Below the pieces are notes generated by a model that had not been told where the DNA came from, did not search any database, and saw nothing but the letters and a program-made list of their open reading frames with translations. A program made the translations under genes and the position numbers. A stretch of 64,000 nucleotides of DNA from Pseudomonadota bacterium (GTDB lineage Bacteria > Pseudomonadota > Alphaproteobacteria > Caulobacterales > Caulobacteraceae). The DNA lies in assembly GCA_023456105.1 (NCBI GenBank), contig JAEYAO010000066.1, positions 6,291 to 70,290 of the forward strand, read 5' to 3'. Positions 43,346 to 52,355 of the stretch are shown in pieces (position 1 is the first letter of the stretch; each line of letters opens with the position of its first letter).

Positions 43346-44203
43346 TCAGATGATCGGCTTGCCGCCGGTCACGGCGATGGTTGCGCCCGAAATGTAGCTG
43401 GCGTCGTCGGAGGCCAGCAGCACATAGGCGCCCGCCAGCTCCGCGGGCTGGGCGGGGCGGCCGAACGGCACCTGCGAGCCGAAGTTCTCGACCTTCTCGG
43501 CCGGCATGGTCGAGGGGATCAGCGGGGTCCACACCGGGCCGGGTGCGACGGCGTTGGCGCGGATCTGCTTTTCGGCCAGCAGCTGCGCCAGACCGCCGGT
43601 GAAGTTCTGGATCGCACCCTTGGTGGTGGCGTAGGCCAGCAGCTGCGGGCTGGGCGTGTCGGCGTTGACCGAGGCCGTGTTGATGATCGAGGAGCCCGGC
43701 GCCATGTGCGGAACCGCATCCTTGGTGATGTAGAACATGGCCGAGATGTTGGTGGCGAAGGTGGCCTCCCACTCCTCGTCGGGAATCTCGTCGATGCTGT
43801 CGTAGCTCATCTGGCGGGCGGCGTTGTTGACCAGGATGTCGATGCGGCCGAAGGCGTCCACCGCCCGGCGGACCAGTTCACGGCAGGTCTCGCGATGGGA
43901 GATGTCGCCGGCGAACAGCTCGCAGCGGCGGCCCGCGTCCTCGACCAGGCGGCGGGTCTCGGCGGCGTCCTCCTCTTCATCCAGATAGGCGACCAGCACG
44001 TCCGCGCCCTCGCGCGCGAAGGCCAAGGCGACAGCGCGGCCGATGCCGGAATCGGCGCCGGTGATCACCGCGACCTTGTCGGCCAGACGGCCCGAGCCCT
44101 TGTAGGTGGCTTCGCCGTAGTCGGGGACCGGGTCCATGGCGTCGCTGGAGCCGGGGCGGGGCTGCTGGGCGGTCTTGAACGGGGGCTTGGGATAGTCGCG
44201 CAT
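43346..44203 (-). CDS. YghA/YhxC-like SDR oxidoreductase (cytoplasmic paralog)
   Basis: Start MRDYPKPPF at 44203. TGADSGIG, YATTKGA. About half of the residues are identical to 35545-36543 by eye. Confidence 0.85.
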   Translation of the reverse strand: MRDYPKPPFKTAQQPRPGSSDAMDPVPDYGEATYKGSGRLADKVAVITGADSGIGRAVALAFAREGADVLVAYLDEEEDAAETRRLVEDAGRRCELFAGDISHRETCRELVRRAVDAFGRIDILVNNAARQMSYDSIDEIPDEEWEATFATNISAMFYITKDAVPHMAPGSSIINTASVNADTPSPQLLAYATTKGAIQNFTGGLAQLLAEKQIRANAVAPGPVWTPLIPSTMPAEKVENFGSQVPFGRPAQPAELAGAYVLLASDDASYISGATIAVTGGKPII

Positions 44204-44240
44204 GGTCGTCTCCTGCGGGGAGCCAGAGGGGAGAAGAGGC

Positions 44241-44265
44241 AACCCACGGGGCGGCACTCGGTTCG
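44241..44265 (-). promoter_or_regulatory. weak EcfG/SigT-like promoter CGAAC-N16-GGTT
   Basis: Two mismatches to the consensus. It has the same architecture as the paralog's upstream region. Confidence 0.2.
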
Positions 44266-44302
44266 AGCGTGGCCGCCGAATAAGATGAAAGCGGCGGCTC
44301 CA

Positions 44303-44328
44303 GGAACAACACCTCGGCGCGCCTCGTT
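44303..44328 (+). promoter_or_regulatory. EcfG/SigT-type general stress promoter GGAAC-N17-CGTT
   Basis: Exact -35 and -10 core elements. The -10 element ends 8 nt before ATG 44337, which implies a leaderless or near-leaderless mRNA. Confidence 0.55.
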
Positions 44329-44336
44329 CGAGCGGA

Positions 44337-44555
44337 ATGTCAGAACCCGCCAAGAAGACCCGCGACGCCGATCCCTTGTACGCCGCCGAAGCGCCCGGGA
44401 AGATCCGGGGGGATTTCGCGCCCTCGGACGAACTGCTGATCGACGGGCAGGAGGAGGTTTTTTCTCGCGCCGAGGTCGAGAGCGGCCGGATCGAGCATCA
44501 GGCTGGAACGGACGCCCGGCCGGGCGAGGAGCCGGACGTGGAGGGATCGCGATGA
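44337..44555 (+). CDS. small acidic hypothetical protein (72 aa)
   Basis: The ORF lies directly downstream of the stress-type promoter. Its stop overlaps the next start (ATGA). Confidence 0.45.
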   Translation: MSEPAKKTRDADPLYAAEAPGKIRGDFAPSDELLIDGQEEVFSRAEVESGRIEHQAGTDARPGEEPDVEGSR

Positions 44556-44809
44556 AGCGTCTGTTCGTCATTCTCGTCGTTGGCGTCTCCGCCCTGTGCC
44601 TGAACGCCTGCGATCGGGGACAGACGCGCGAGGAAGCGCCCGGTCGCCGCAGCGCCGACCCAAGCGCCAACGTCGGCGGCGCCCTGACCGGGCCCAAGCC
44701 GACCCCGCAGGTCGCCACGCCGGCCCGCAAGCCGCTGAACAACCAGCCGGAGCACTCCGGGCGCACGGGCGAGGAGGCGCGGCGAGACCAGATCCAACCG
44801 GCCGAGTGA
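44552..44809 (+). CDS. small lipoprotein (85 aa)
   Basis: MKRLFVILVVGVSALCLNAC signal plus lipobox. Confidence 0.6.
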   Translation: MKRLFVILVVGVSALCLNACDRGQTREEAPGRRSADPSANVGGALTGPKPTPQVATPARKPLNNQPEHSGRTGEEARRDQIQPAE

Positions 44810-44839
44810 CGCCTCGCCCGTCTGTCGCGGGGGTTGTCG

Positions 44840-44868
44840 GCTTCACCTGATGAAGCTTCGCCGTTTTT
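44840..44868 (+). terminator. rho-independent terminator
   Basis: gcttca-cctga-tgaagc hairpin followed by ttcgccgttttt. Confidence 0.5.
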
Positions 44869-44952
44869 AAGATGTTGTTCAGCGACACGGCCACAGGCTG
44901 ACGGCGGTCGGGGCGAGACGATCCCGACGATGATCAGCTTCGGGGGAAGCGA

Positions 44953-45156
44953 ATGGGACGTCGGCACGCGATCGATCGCGCGTTCGAACTGGCGCGAACC
45001 GGCGCCTATGCCATCGCCAGCGACATACGCTCGGCCCTGTCAGGCGAAGGATACTCGGCGGCTCAGCTTGAGCTGCTTCGGGCGCCGAGTCTCCGGCGGG
45101 ACCTGATCCGCGCCTGCCGCGAGGCGGGGCGAGACGAGCGGCGGCCGGCCTCGTAA
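44953..45156 (+). CDS. small hypothetical protein (67 aa)
   Basis: ATG preceded by GGGGGAAG. Plausible helical sequence. It sits in a lower-GC spacer upstream of the polysaccharide cluster. Confidence 0.35.
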   Translation: MGRRHAIDRAFELARTGAYAIASDIRSALSGEGYSAAQLELLRAPSLRRDLIRACREAGRDERRPAS

Positions 45157-45182
45157 GCGCACGAACGACTTGCGCCTTTACG

Positions 45183-46460
45183 GTGAAGCTGCTGTCTTCA
45201 CCCTTGGGGATCGTGAGCGGGGGCGCGATGATCGCAGGTCGGCTGAGGGCCAACGGGCGCGGCCTGAAACACGGTGCGCGGGCTTGCCCCGACACGGGCG
45301 CGGCGGCGCGGCCCCGCATTCTGATCCTGGGAAAATACTACCACCCACGGCCGGGTGGCATCGAGCACGTCACCCAGGTTCACGCCGAACATCTGGCCCG
45401 GCGCTGCAGCGTCGAGGCGCTGGTGAATGCGGGGCGAGGCGAGCGTGCGGGCGAGGAGCGGATCGGCGGCGTGCGGGTGCGCCGCATGCGGACCGACGCC
45501 GTGCTGATGTCGCAACCGCTGGCGCTGTCGCTGTTATGGATGATGCGGCCGGCGGATCATGAAGAGGTGCATCTGCATGCGCCCAACCCCTACGCCGCGA
45601 CGGTGCTGTGGCTGAAGCTGCGGACGACGCCGCAGCAGCGCCTACCGCGTCTGTTCGTGATCCACCATGCGGACGTGCAGGGACGATGGCTGGTGCTGTT
45701 GCTGCTGCGCCCGCTGTACCGGGATCTGGCGCGTCGGGCCGAGCGGGTCGTCGTGACCTCGCTGCGGAACTTTGAAATGTCGCGGGATCTGCCGCGAGAT
45801 GTGCGGATCGGGGTCGTGGCTCCCTCGGTGAAGCTGGATCAACACGCGGCCGGAGAGGCGGAACGGGCCGAGGCGCGCGCGTGGCGGCTGGCGCGGCATG
45901 GCGAGGCGCCGCTGGTGGGATTCGTGGGGCGCCATGCACGCTACAAGGGCTTGCATGTGCTGATCCGGGCCCTCGCCGCGATGCCGGGCGTGCGCGCGGT
46001 CGTCGCCGGCGAAGGCCCTTGCCGCAGGGAAGCGCAGGCGCTGGCGGTCGATTTGGGTGTCGCGGACCGCGTCGATTTCCTCGGCGAGATCAGCCAAGCG
46101 GACAAGGCGAGGCTTTTGCTGGCGGTGGACGTGCTGGCCTTCCCGTCGACCGACGCCACCGAAGCCTTCGGCGTGGTGCAGCTAGAGGCGATGCTGCTGG
46201 GCGCGCCGGTGGTGGCCAGCCGTCTGCCGACCGGCGTGGCCGATGTGGCCATAGACGGCGTCACCGCCCTGACCTGCGCGCCGGGCGACGCCGACGACCT
46301 GGCGAGGCGCCTGATGCAGGTGCTGGACGATCCGCCGCTCGCCGAGCGGCTGCGTCTGCGCGCGCGGGCCCACGTTCTGGAGCGGTTCAGCGAGACCCTG
46401 ATGTTGGCGCGGCTGGACGAACTGCTTGGCCTTTCGCCCGCCCGCGAGACGGCGGCGTGA
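45183..46460 (+). CDS. glycosyltransferase family 4
   Basis: ILILGKYYHPRPGGIEHV N-terminus and the EAFGVVQLEAMLLGAPVVAS E-x7-E region. The start is uncertain (45183 or 45228). Confidence 0.8.
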   Translation: MKLLSSPLGIVSGGAMIAGRLRANGRGLKHGARACPDTGAAARPRILILGKYYHPRPGGIEHVTQVHAEHLARRCSVEALVNAGRGERAGEERIGGVRVRRMRTDAVLMSQPLALSLLWMMRPADHEEVHLHAPNPYAATVLWLKLRTTPQQRLPRLFVIHHADVQGRWLVLLLLRPLYRDLARRAERVVVTSLRNFEMSRDLPRDVRIGVVAPSVKLDQHAAGEAERAEARAWRLARHGEAPLVGFVGRHARYKGLHVLIRALAAMPGVRAVVAGEGPCRREAQALAVDLGVADRVDFLGEISQADKARLLLAVDVLAFPSTDATEAFGVVQLEAMLLGAPVVASRLPTGVADVAIDGVTALTCAPGDADDLARRLMQVLDDPPLAERLRLRARAHVLERFSETLMLARLDELLGLSPARETAA

Positions 46461-47719
46461 GCGTCCGGCGCGGGCTGGCGGCGGCGTCGATCTGGCAGGG
46501 CGCCAACTATCTGCTGCCCCTGATCACCTTTCCCTATCTGGCGCGCGTGCTGGGCGTCGAAGGCTTCGGGTTGATCGGCATGGCGGCGGCGATCACAGGC
46601 TATGCGCTGATCCTGGTGGATTGGGGCTTTTCCCTCAGCGCAGCGCAGGCGGTGGCGCGCATGCGGGACGACCTCGTTGCGACCAGCGACCTGATCTGGG
46701 CCACGGTGCTGGCCAAAGCGTGGCTTTGCGCGGCGGGACTGGCTGGGTTGGCGCTGGCGGCGGCGCTTTCGCCGGATGCGCTACGGCCGGTGCTGTGGGC
46801 CTCGGCCCTGGCGGCGCCGGCGGCGGTGCTGAACCTGGATTGGGCGCTGAAGGGGGCGGAGGCGCTGGGGCGGTTCGCCTGGACCTCGGTCGTTGGACGG
46901 CTGGTGGCCGCGCCCCTGGTGTTCCTGCTGGTGAGGGACGCCGGTGACGCCGCGCTGGCGGCGCTGTGCGTCAGCCTGGGCGCGCTGGCGACGGCCATGC
47001 TGACCCTGTGGCAGGCGCGGGCGATCGGTCTGCTGCGTCGCCCATGCTTTCGCGTCCCGGCGGCCTGGAGGCAGTTGAAGGCGGGCGCGCATGTGTTCGG
47101 CTCGACCGCCGCGATCTCGCTCTACACCAACACCCTGTCGGTGGGGCTGGGCATGATCGCGGGCGCCGGGCAGCTGGGTCTGTTCGCCATGGCCGAGCGC
47201 ATCCGCAGGTCCGCGCAAGGGGCGCTGTCCCCCATCCTGACGGTGTTCTTTCCGCGCATCAGCACCCTGCACGCTCGTGATCCGGAGGCGGCAAGGCGGA
47301 CGGCCTGGCGCCTGCTGCGGATACAGGGCGGTCTGGCGGCGGCGCTGGCCCTGCTGCTGGCGGGCGCCGCACCCCTGCTGGTGCGCCTGCTGGCCGGGCC
47401 GGAGGCGGAGGGGGCCGTGCCCGTGCTGCGGGCCATGGCGCCTTTGGTCTTCCTGGTCGGGATCAACAATGCGCTGGGCGTGACGGTGCTGCTGCCCTTC
47501 GGGCTGAAGCGCGCCTTCACAGTCGCCATCCTGGCCGGCGGAGCGGTCGGGTTGATGCTGCTCTGGCCGCTGGCGAGCCGGTATGGCGCGGCGGGCGCGG
47601 CCTGGACCGCGGTCGCCGCCGAGGTCGTGGTCGCCGGGTTGATGGGCTGGGCGGCGGTTCGCGCGTTCGGCGCCAAGGGGCGAGCGCCTTTGGCGGGCGC
47701 CGAGGAGCCGGCGTCGTGA
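46457..47719 (+). CDS. wzx: oligosaccharide flippase (Wzx/MOP family)
   Basis: GTG overlaps the upstream stop. IWQGANYLLPLITFPYLARVLGVEGFG. Multi-TM. Confidence 0.75.
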   Translation: MSVRRGLAAASIWQGANYLLPLITFPYLARVLGVEGFGLIGMAAAITGYALILVDWGFSLSAAQAVARMRDDLVATSDLIWATVLAKAWLCAAGLAGLALAAALSPDALRPVLWASALAAPAAVLNLDWALKGAEALGRFAWTSVVGRLVAAPLVFLLVRDAGDAALAALCVSLGALATAMLTLWQARAIGLLRRPCFRVPAAWRQLKAGAHVFGSTAAISLYTNTLSVGLGMIAGAGQLGLFAMAERIRRSAQGALSPILTVFFPRISTLHARDPEAARRTAWRLLRIQGGLAAALALLLAGAAPLLVRLLAGPEAEGAVPVLRAMAPLVFLVGINNALGVTVLLPFGLKRAFTVAILAGGAVGLMLLWPLASRYGAAGAAWTAVAAEVVVAGLMGWAAVRAFGAKGRAPLAGAEEPAS

Positions 47720-48660
47720 GCCTGACGGTCTCGGTGATCGTGCCGACCTGGCGACGGCCCGCCGACCTGCACCGGTGCCTGCACACGCTGGCCGACCAGG
47801 CGCGGGCGGCCGATGAGGTGCTGGTCATCCATCGCGCCGAGGACGCCGAGACCGTGCAGGTGCTGGAACAGGCGCCGGCAGGCTTGGCGCTGCGCCGCGT
47901 CGTCGTGGAGGCCGCGGGGCAGGTGGCGGCGCTGAACCGGGGGCTGGAGGCGGCGCGGGGAGACATCATCGCCATCACCGACGACGATGCGGCGCCGCGA
48001 CGCGACTGGCTGCAGCGCATTGTAGAAGCTTTCGAGCACGACCCAACGCTGACGGGGCTGGGCGGACGCGACTGGCTGCACGTCGAGGGGCGATCGGCGA
48101 CCGGCGAACGCCGCGAGGTCGGGTGGGTGCAGGCCTGGGGTCGTTGCATCGGCAATCACCACCTGGGTGCAGGCGCGCCGCGCGAGGTGGACATCCTGAA
48201 GGGCGCCAACATGAGCTTTCGCCGCGCGCATCTCGGCGGCCTGCGCTTCGATGCGAGGCTGAAAGGCGAGGGCGCGCAGGTGTGCAACGACATGGCGTTC
48301 TGCCTGGCGCTGCGAAAGGCGGGGCGGCGGCTCGTCTATGATCCGGCCGTGGCCGTCGACCACTTCCCCGGCGTGCGTCACGACGTCGACCAGAGGCGAG
48401 GCTTTTCGGCCGAGGCGCAGGCCGATCAGGCGCACAACGAGACGCTGGCGCTGCTGGACTTCCTGCCGCGCGGGAGGCGGGCGGTGTTCCTGACCTGGGC
48501 GCTGGCGCTCGGGACGCGCGCCAATCCTGGGCTGCTGCAAGGGTTCAGGTGGACGCTGTGGTCCGGACCGCGCGAGGCGACGATGCGCGTGCAGGCGACG
48601 CTGGCCGGTCGCATCCACGGCTGGGGCGCTTGGCGCGCTGCGGCGCGGACGTCGACGTGA
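47716..48660 (+). CDS. glycosyltransferase family 2
   Basis: VSVIVPTWRRP...ITDDDA motifs. GTGA overlap. Confidence 0.8.
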   Translation: MSLTVSVIVPTWRRPADLHRCLHTLADQARAADEVLVIHRAEDAETVQVLEQAPAGLALRRVVVEAAGQVAALNRGLEAARGDIIAITDDDAAPRRDWLQRIVEAFEHDPTLTGLGGRDWLHVEGRSATGERREVGWVQAWGRCIGNHHLGAGAPREVDILKGANMSFRRAHLGGLRFDARLKGEGAQVCNDMAFCLALRKAGRRLVYDPAVAVDHFPGVRHDVDQRRGFSAEAQADQAHNETLALLDFLPRGRRAVFLTWALALGTRANPGLLQGFRWTLWSGPREATMRVQATLAGRIHGWGAWRAAARTST

Positions 48661-50030
48661 CGGCGCGGGAGGAGTGGCTGGCGGCCCTGCCGCCGCTGGC
48701 TGTCGCGGCGGCGATGGCGGCAGGCGGGATCGGAGGCGCGCTGACCTGGGTGTTCGCCCCCGTGGCCTTGGCGTCGGGGCTGTGGCTGTATGCGCGAGCG
48801 CCGTCGCGGGGGTTCATCGCCTTCTGCTACATGCTGTGGATGGTCGCGCCGTTCGTGCGGCGACTGGCGGACTGGCAGGGCGGACGCCACGACCTGAGCC
48901 CGATCATGCTGGCGCCGGCGCTGGTTACGGGGCTCGGCCTGTTCAGCGCCTTGCGCGCCGGGCCGCAGCTGCTGGGGCGCGGGTTCCTGCCGTTCGGGGT
49001 GGCGGCGATTGTGTGCCTCTACGGAGGGCTGCTGGGGCTGTCGCAGGGCCGGGGAGCGGCGGCGCTGTTCGGCCTGCTGAACGCCTTGGCGCCCATCGCC
49101 CTGGCCATCCACATCCTGGTGCTGAGGCGTGACGCGGATCATGCGGCGGGCGCCGTGTTCGGGATGCTGGCCTGGGGCGGCATGATCATGGGCGCCTATG
49201 GCGTCCTGCAGTATCTGTCGCCGCCGCCCTGGGACGTGGCGTGGATGCGCGCGGCCGAGATCGCCTCCGTCGGCCAGCCGAGCCCGCGACAGGTGCGGGT
49301 GTTCGCCACCATGAATGCGCCGGGACCGTTCGCGGTGATGATGTCGGCCTGCCTTTTGGCGATGCTGGCGGGCGCAGGAGGACGAGCGCGATGGCTGGGC
49401 GCGCCTGCGGGCGGCGTCGCCCTCGTGCTGTCGCTGGTGCGGTCGGCCTGGGGCGGGCTGATCATCGGCGTCGGTGTGCTGATCGCCCTGGCGTCGGCGA
49501 AACGACGCCTGGGGTATCTGGCGGCGGCCTGTGGGCTGGCATTGGCGACCGCGCCGCTGGCGGCGTTCGGTGCGGCCGAGGCGGTCGGCGTCCGGATCGG
49601 AGGCCTGGCGCGGCTGGATCAGGACGTCAGCCTGCAACGGCGCGCGGCCTTTCACGCCGAGATGACGATGGAGGTGCTGGCCAATCCGCTGGGCCGCGGG
49701 CTCGGCGGCACGGGGGTGGCGACGCGGTTGAGCACGGACGAGGCGGCGCTCGGCGCGCGCGGCGCCTTCGACAGCGGGGTGCTGGACCTGCTGTTCACCT
49801 ATGGCTGGGCGAGCGCGGTGATGCTGGCGGCGGTGATCGCGATCGGAGTCGGCGCGCTGCGGGCGAGCTGGAGCGGGCCGGGCGCGCAGCTGGCCGCCGC
49901 CATTGTGGTCGGGACCACCGCGCAGCTGCTGTTCTTCAACGTGCTGGGCGGTGCGACGGGGATGCTGGTGTTTCCGCTCGCCGCCCTGGCGCTGGCTCTG
50001 GCCGACAAAGAGGGCGGGGCGCGGGGGTGA
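48657..50030 (+). CDS. O-antigen ligase/polymerase family membrane protein (Wzy-like)
   Basis: Multi-TM with a periplasmic loop SLVRSAWGGLIIG. GTGA overlap at the start. Confidence 0.7.
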   Translation: MTAREEWLAALPPLAVAAAMAAGGIGGALTWVFAPVALASGLWLYARAPSRGFIAFCYMLWMVAPFVRRLADWQGGRHDLSPIMLAPALVTGLGLFSALRAGPQLLGRGFLPFGVAAIVCLYGGLLGLSQGRGAAALFGLLNALAPIALAIHILVLRRDADHAAGAVFGMLAWGGMIMGAYGVLQYLSPPPWDVAWMRAAEIASVGQPSPRQVRVFATMNAPGPFAVMMSACLLAMLAGAGGRARWLGAPAGGVALVLSLVRSAWGGLIIGVGVLIALASAKRRLGYLAAACGLALATAPLAAFGAAEAVGVRIGGLARLDQDVSLQRRAAFHAEMTMEVLANPLGRGLGGTGVATRLSTDEAALGARGAFDSGVLDLLFTYGWASAVMLAAVIAIGVGALRASWSGPGAQLAAAIVVGTTAQLLFFNVLGGATGMLVFPLAALALALADKEGGARG

Positions 50031-51151
50031 AGACGCTGCAGGTCGGGCTGGAGTGGCTGCCGGAGCGCACGGGCGGGCTGCCGCGCTATTTCCACGACCT
50101 GCTGGGCGCCGCGCCCGGGCGGTTCGAGGTGACCGGACTGGTGGTCGGATCGGCGGATGTCGCCAGGGCGACCGGCGGGCGGGTGCGGAGCTTCGCGCCG
50201 GCGTCCGCCTCGCCGCCGATGCGGCTGCTGGGGGCCCGCCGGGCGATCAGCGCGGTTTTGCGAGAGAACGCGCCCGATCTGGTCGCCAGCCACTTCGCCT
50301 TGTCGGTGCTGCCGGCGCTGGACCGGATTCGCATCCCGCACGTGGTGCACTTCCACGGGCCGTGGGCGCTGGAGGGAGCGGCCGAGGGTCAGGGCGGGGC
50401 GCGGCGGCTGGCCAAGCGGGCGGTGGAGCGCGCCGTTTATTCGCGCGCCGACGCCCTGATCGTGCTGTCGGAGGCGTTCGGGCGGGTGCTGTGCGAGGAC
50501 TATGGGGTCGAGGCGGGCCGCATCCATGTCGTGCCCGGCGGGGTGGACGCTGCGCGCTTCCACGTAGCGGAGAGCCGGTCCGACGCGCGAAAACGGCTGG
50601 GCTGGCCGGAGGATCGCCCGGTTCTGCTGACGGTCCGGCGGCTGGTGCGGCGCATGGGGCTGGAGGTTCTGATCGAGGCCATGCCGGAGGTGGTGCGCCG
50701 TCGTCCCGACGTGCTGCTGCTGATCGCCGGGAGGGGACCGCTGGAGGCGGAGTTGCGCGCGCGGATCGAGGCGGCGGGGCTGGCCGCCCACGTGCGGCTG
50801 ATCGGCTTTCTGCCGGAAGAGGCGCTGCCGCTGGCCTACCGCGCGGCCGATATCGGCGTCACGCCCAGCCAGGCGCTGGAGGGCTTCGGCCTCGTGGCGC
50901 TGGAATGTCTGGCGGCGGGAACGCCGGTGGTGGTGACGCCGGTCGGCGGCCTGCCTGAGGCGGTGGGGCCCTTGACCACGCTGGTGTGCGAGAACGCCGG
51001 CGCAGGCGCCTTGGCCGAGCGGATCGGCGCGATGATCGAGGGTGTGGAGCGACCCGGCGCCGCCGCCTGCCGCGCCCATGCGCGGGCGCACGACTGGGAC
51101 GTGATCGCGGGGCGGGTGGCGGAGGTCTATCGCGCGGTGCTGGCGCGATGA
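50027..51151 (+). CDS. glycosyltransferase family 4
   Basis: FHGPWALE..., EGFGLVALECLAAGTPVV. GTGA overlap at the start. Confidence 0.8.
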   Translation: MKTLQVGLEWLPERTGGLPRYFHDLLGAAPGRFEVTGLVVGSADVARATGGRVRSFAPASASPPMRLLGARRAISAVLRENAPDLVASHFALSVLPALDRIRIPHVVHFHGPWALEGAAEGQGGARRLAKRAVERAVYSRADALIVLSEAFGRVLCEDYGVEAGRIHVVPGGVDAARFHVAESRSDARKRLGWPEDRPVLLTVRRLVRRMGLEVLIEAMPEVVRRRPDVLLLIAGRGPLEAELRARIEAAGLAAHVRLIGFLPEEALPLAYRAADIGVTPSQALEGFGLVALECLAAGTPVVVTPVGGLPEAVGPLTTLVCENAGAGALAERIGAMIEGVERPGAAACRAHARAHDWDVIAGRVAEVYRAVLAR

Positions 51152-52314
51152 GGCCGCCCGCGGTGCTGTTCGTGGACCAGTCGGGCGAGATGGGCGGGGC
51201 CGAACTGTCGCTGCTGGACATCGTGCGGAGGCGCAAGGGCCGCTCGGAGGTCTGCCTCTTTGGTGACGGGGCTTTCGCCGTGCGGCTCCGGGACGCGGGT
51301 GTGCCGGTGAGGGTCCTCGGCCTGGGGGGCGTTGATGGCGTGAGGCGGAAGTCGGGTCTGGGAGCGCTGCTAGCCGCGCCCGCACTGGTGGTGGCGGTGA
51401 TCCGCCTGGCGCGGATGGCGCGGCGGTTCGACGTGGTGCACGCCAACACCTTGAAGGCGTTCGTGGTTGCGGCGCTTGGGCGGCCTCTGCACCGCCGGCC
51501 GGTGGTGTGGCATCTGCGTGACCTGCTGACGCCCGAGCATTTCGGAAGCGGGTGGCGTCGGGGCGTGGCGTGGCTCGGCCGGGCGGCCGCCGCCGAGGTC
51601 ATCGCCAACTCGCAAGCTACGGCCGAGGCGCTGAGGCGGGCGGGCGGCCCGCACGCCCGTGTGATCCACAACGGCATCGATGCGACGCCGTTTGAAGGGC
51701 TGGAGCGCACAAGGAGCCGCGGGGCGTTGCTGACCGAAACGGGCCTTGCGTCCGACCGGCCGGTGGTCGGCGTCTTCAGCCGACTGGCCGAGTGGAAGGG
51801 GCAGGCGGTGCTGCTCGAGGCGCTGACCCGCCTGCCCGAGGTTCAGGCGGTCCTGGTCGGCGGGCCGCTGTTCGGGGAGGAGGCCTATGAGGCCGAGTTG
51901 CGATCGATCATCGCGACCTGGGGGCTGGAGACGCGTGTGCAGATGCTGGGCGCGCGGTCAGACGTGCCGCGGTTGATGTCGGCGGTGGATGTGGCGGTGC
52001 ACGCCTCGGTCGCGCCCGAGCCCTTCGGGCGGGTCATCGTCGAGGCCATGCTGGCGGGAACGCCGGTGATTGCGACACGGGACGGCGGAGTGGGGGAGCT
52101 GGTCGAGGCCGGTGAGACGGGCCTGCTCGTTCCACCCGGCGACCCGGAGGCGATGGCTGTGGCGATAAGGACGCTGCTGGCCGATCCGGGGGAGGCGAGG
52201 CGGATGGCGGAACGCGCCAGAGCCATGGCGCAAGCGCGCTTCTCCCTGAGCCGCTGCCTGGAGGCGGTCGAGGCGGTGCTGGCGGGCGTTCGCGACGGCA
52301 AGCGGAGCCTTTAG
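51148..52314 (+). CDS. glycosyltransferase family 4
   Basis: FVDQSGEMGGAELSLLD, EPFGRVIVEAMLAGTPVIA. ATGA overlap at the start. Confidence 0.8.
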   Translation: MRPPAVLFVDQSGEMGGAELSLLDIVRRRKGRSEVCLFGDGAFAVRLRDAGVPVRVLGLGGVDGVRRKSGLGALLAAPALVVAVIRLARMARRFDVVHANTLKAFVVAALGRPLHRRPVVWHLRDLLTPEHFGSGWRRGVAWLGRAAAAEVIANSQATAEALRRAGGPHARVIHNGIDATPFEGLERTRSRGALLTETGLASDRPVVGVFSRLAEWKGQAVLLEALTRLPEVQAVLVGGPLFGEEAYEAELRSIIATWGLETRVQMLGARSDVPRLMSAVDVAVHASVAPEPFGRVIVEAMLAGTPVIATRDGGVGELVEAGETGLLVPPGDPEAMAVAIRTLLADPGEARRMAERARAMAQARFSLSRCLEAVEAVLAGVRDGKRSL

Positions 52315-52355
52315 CCGGCGCAGTCGTTGTTCTCGCCGAACCGTGGAGCCAGACC

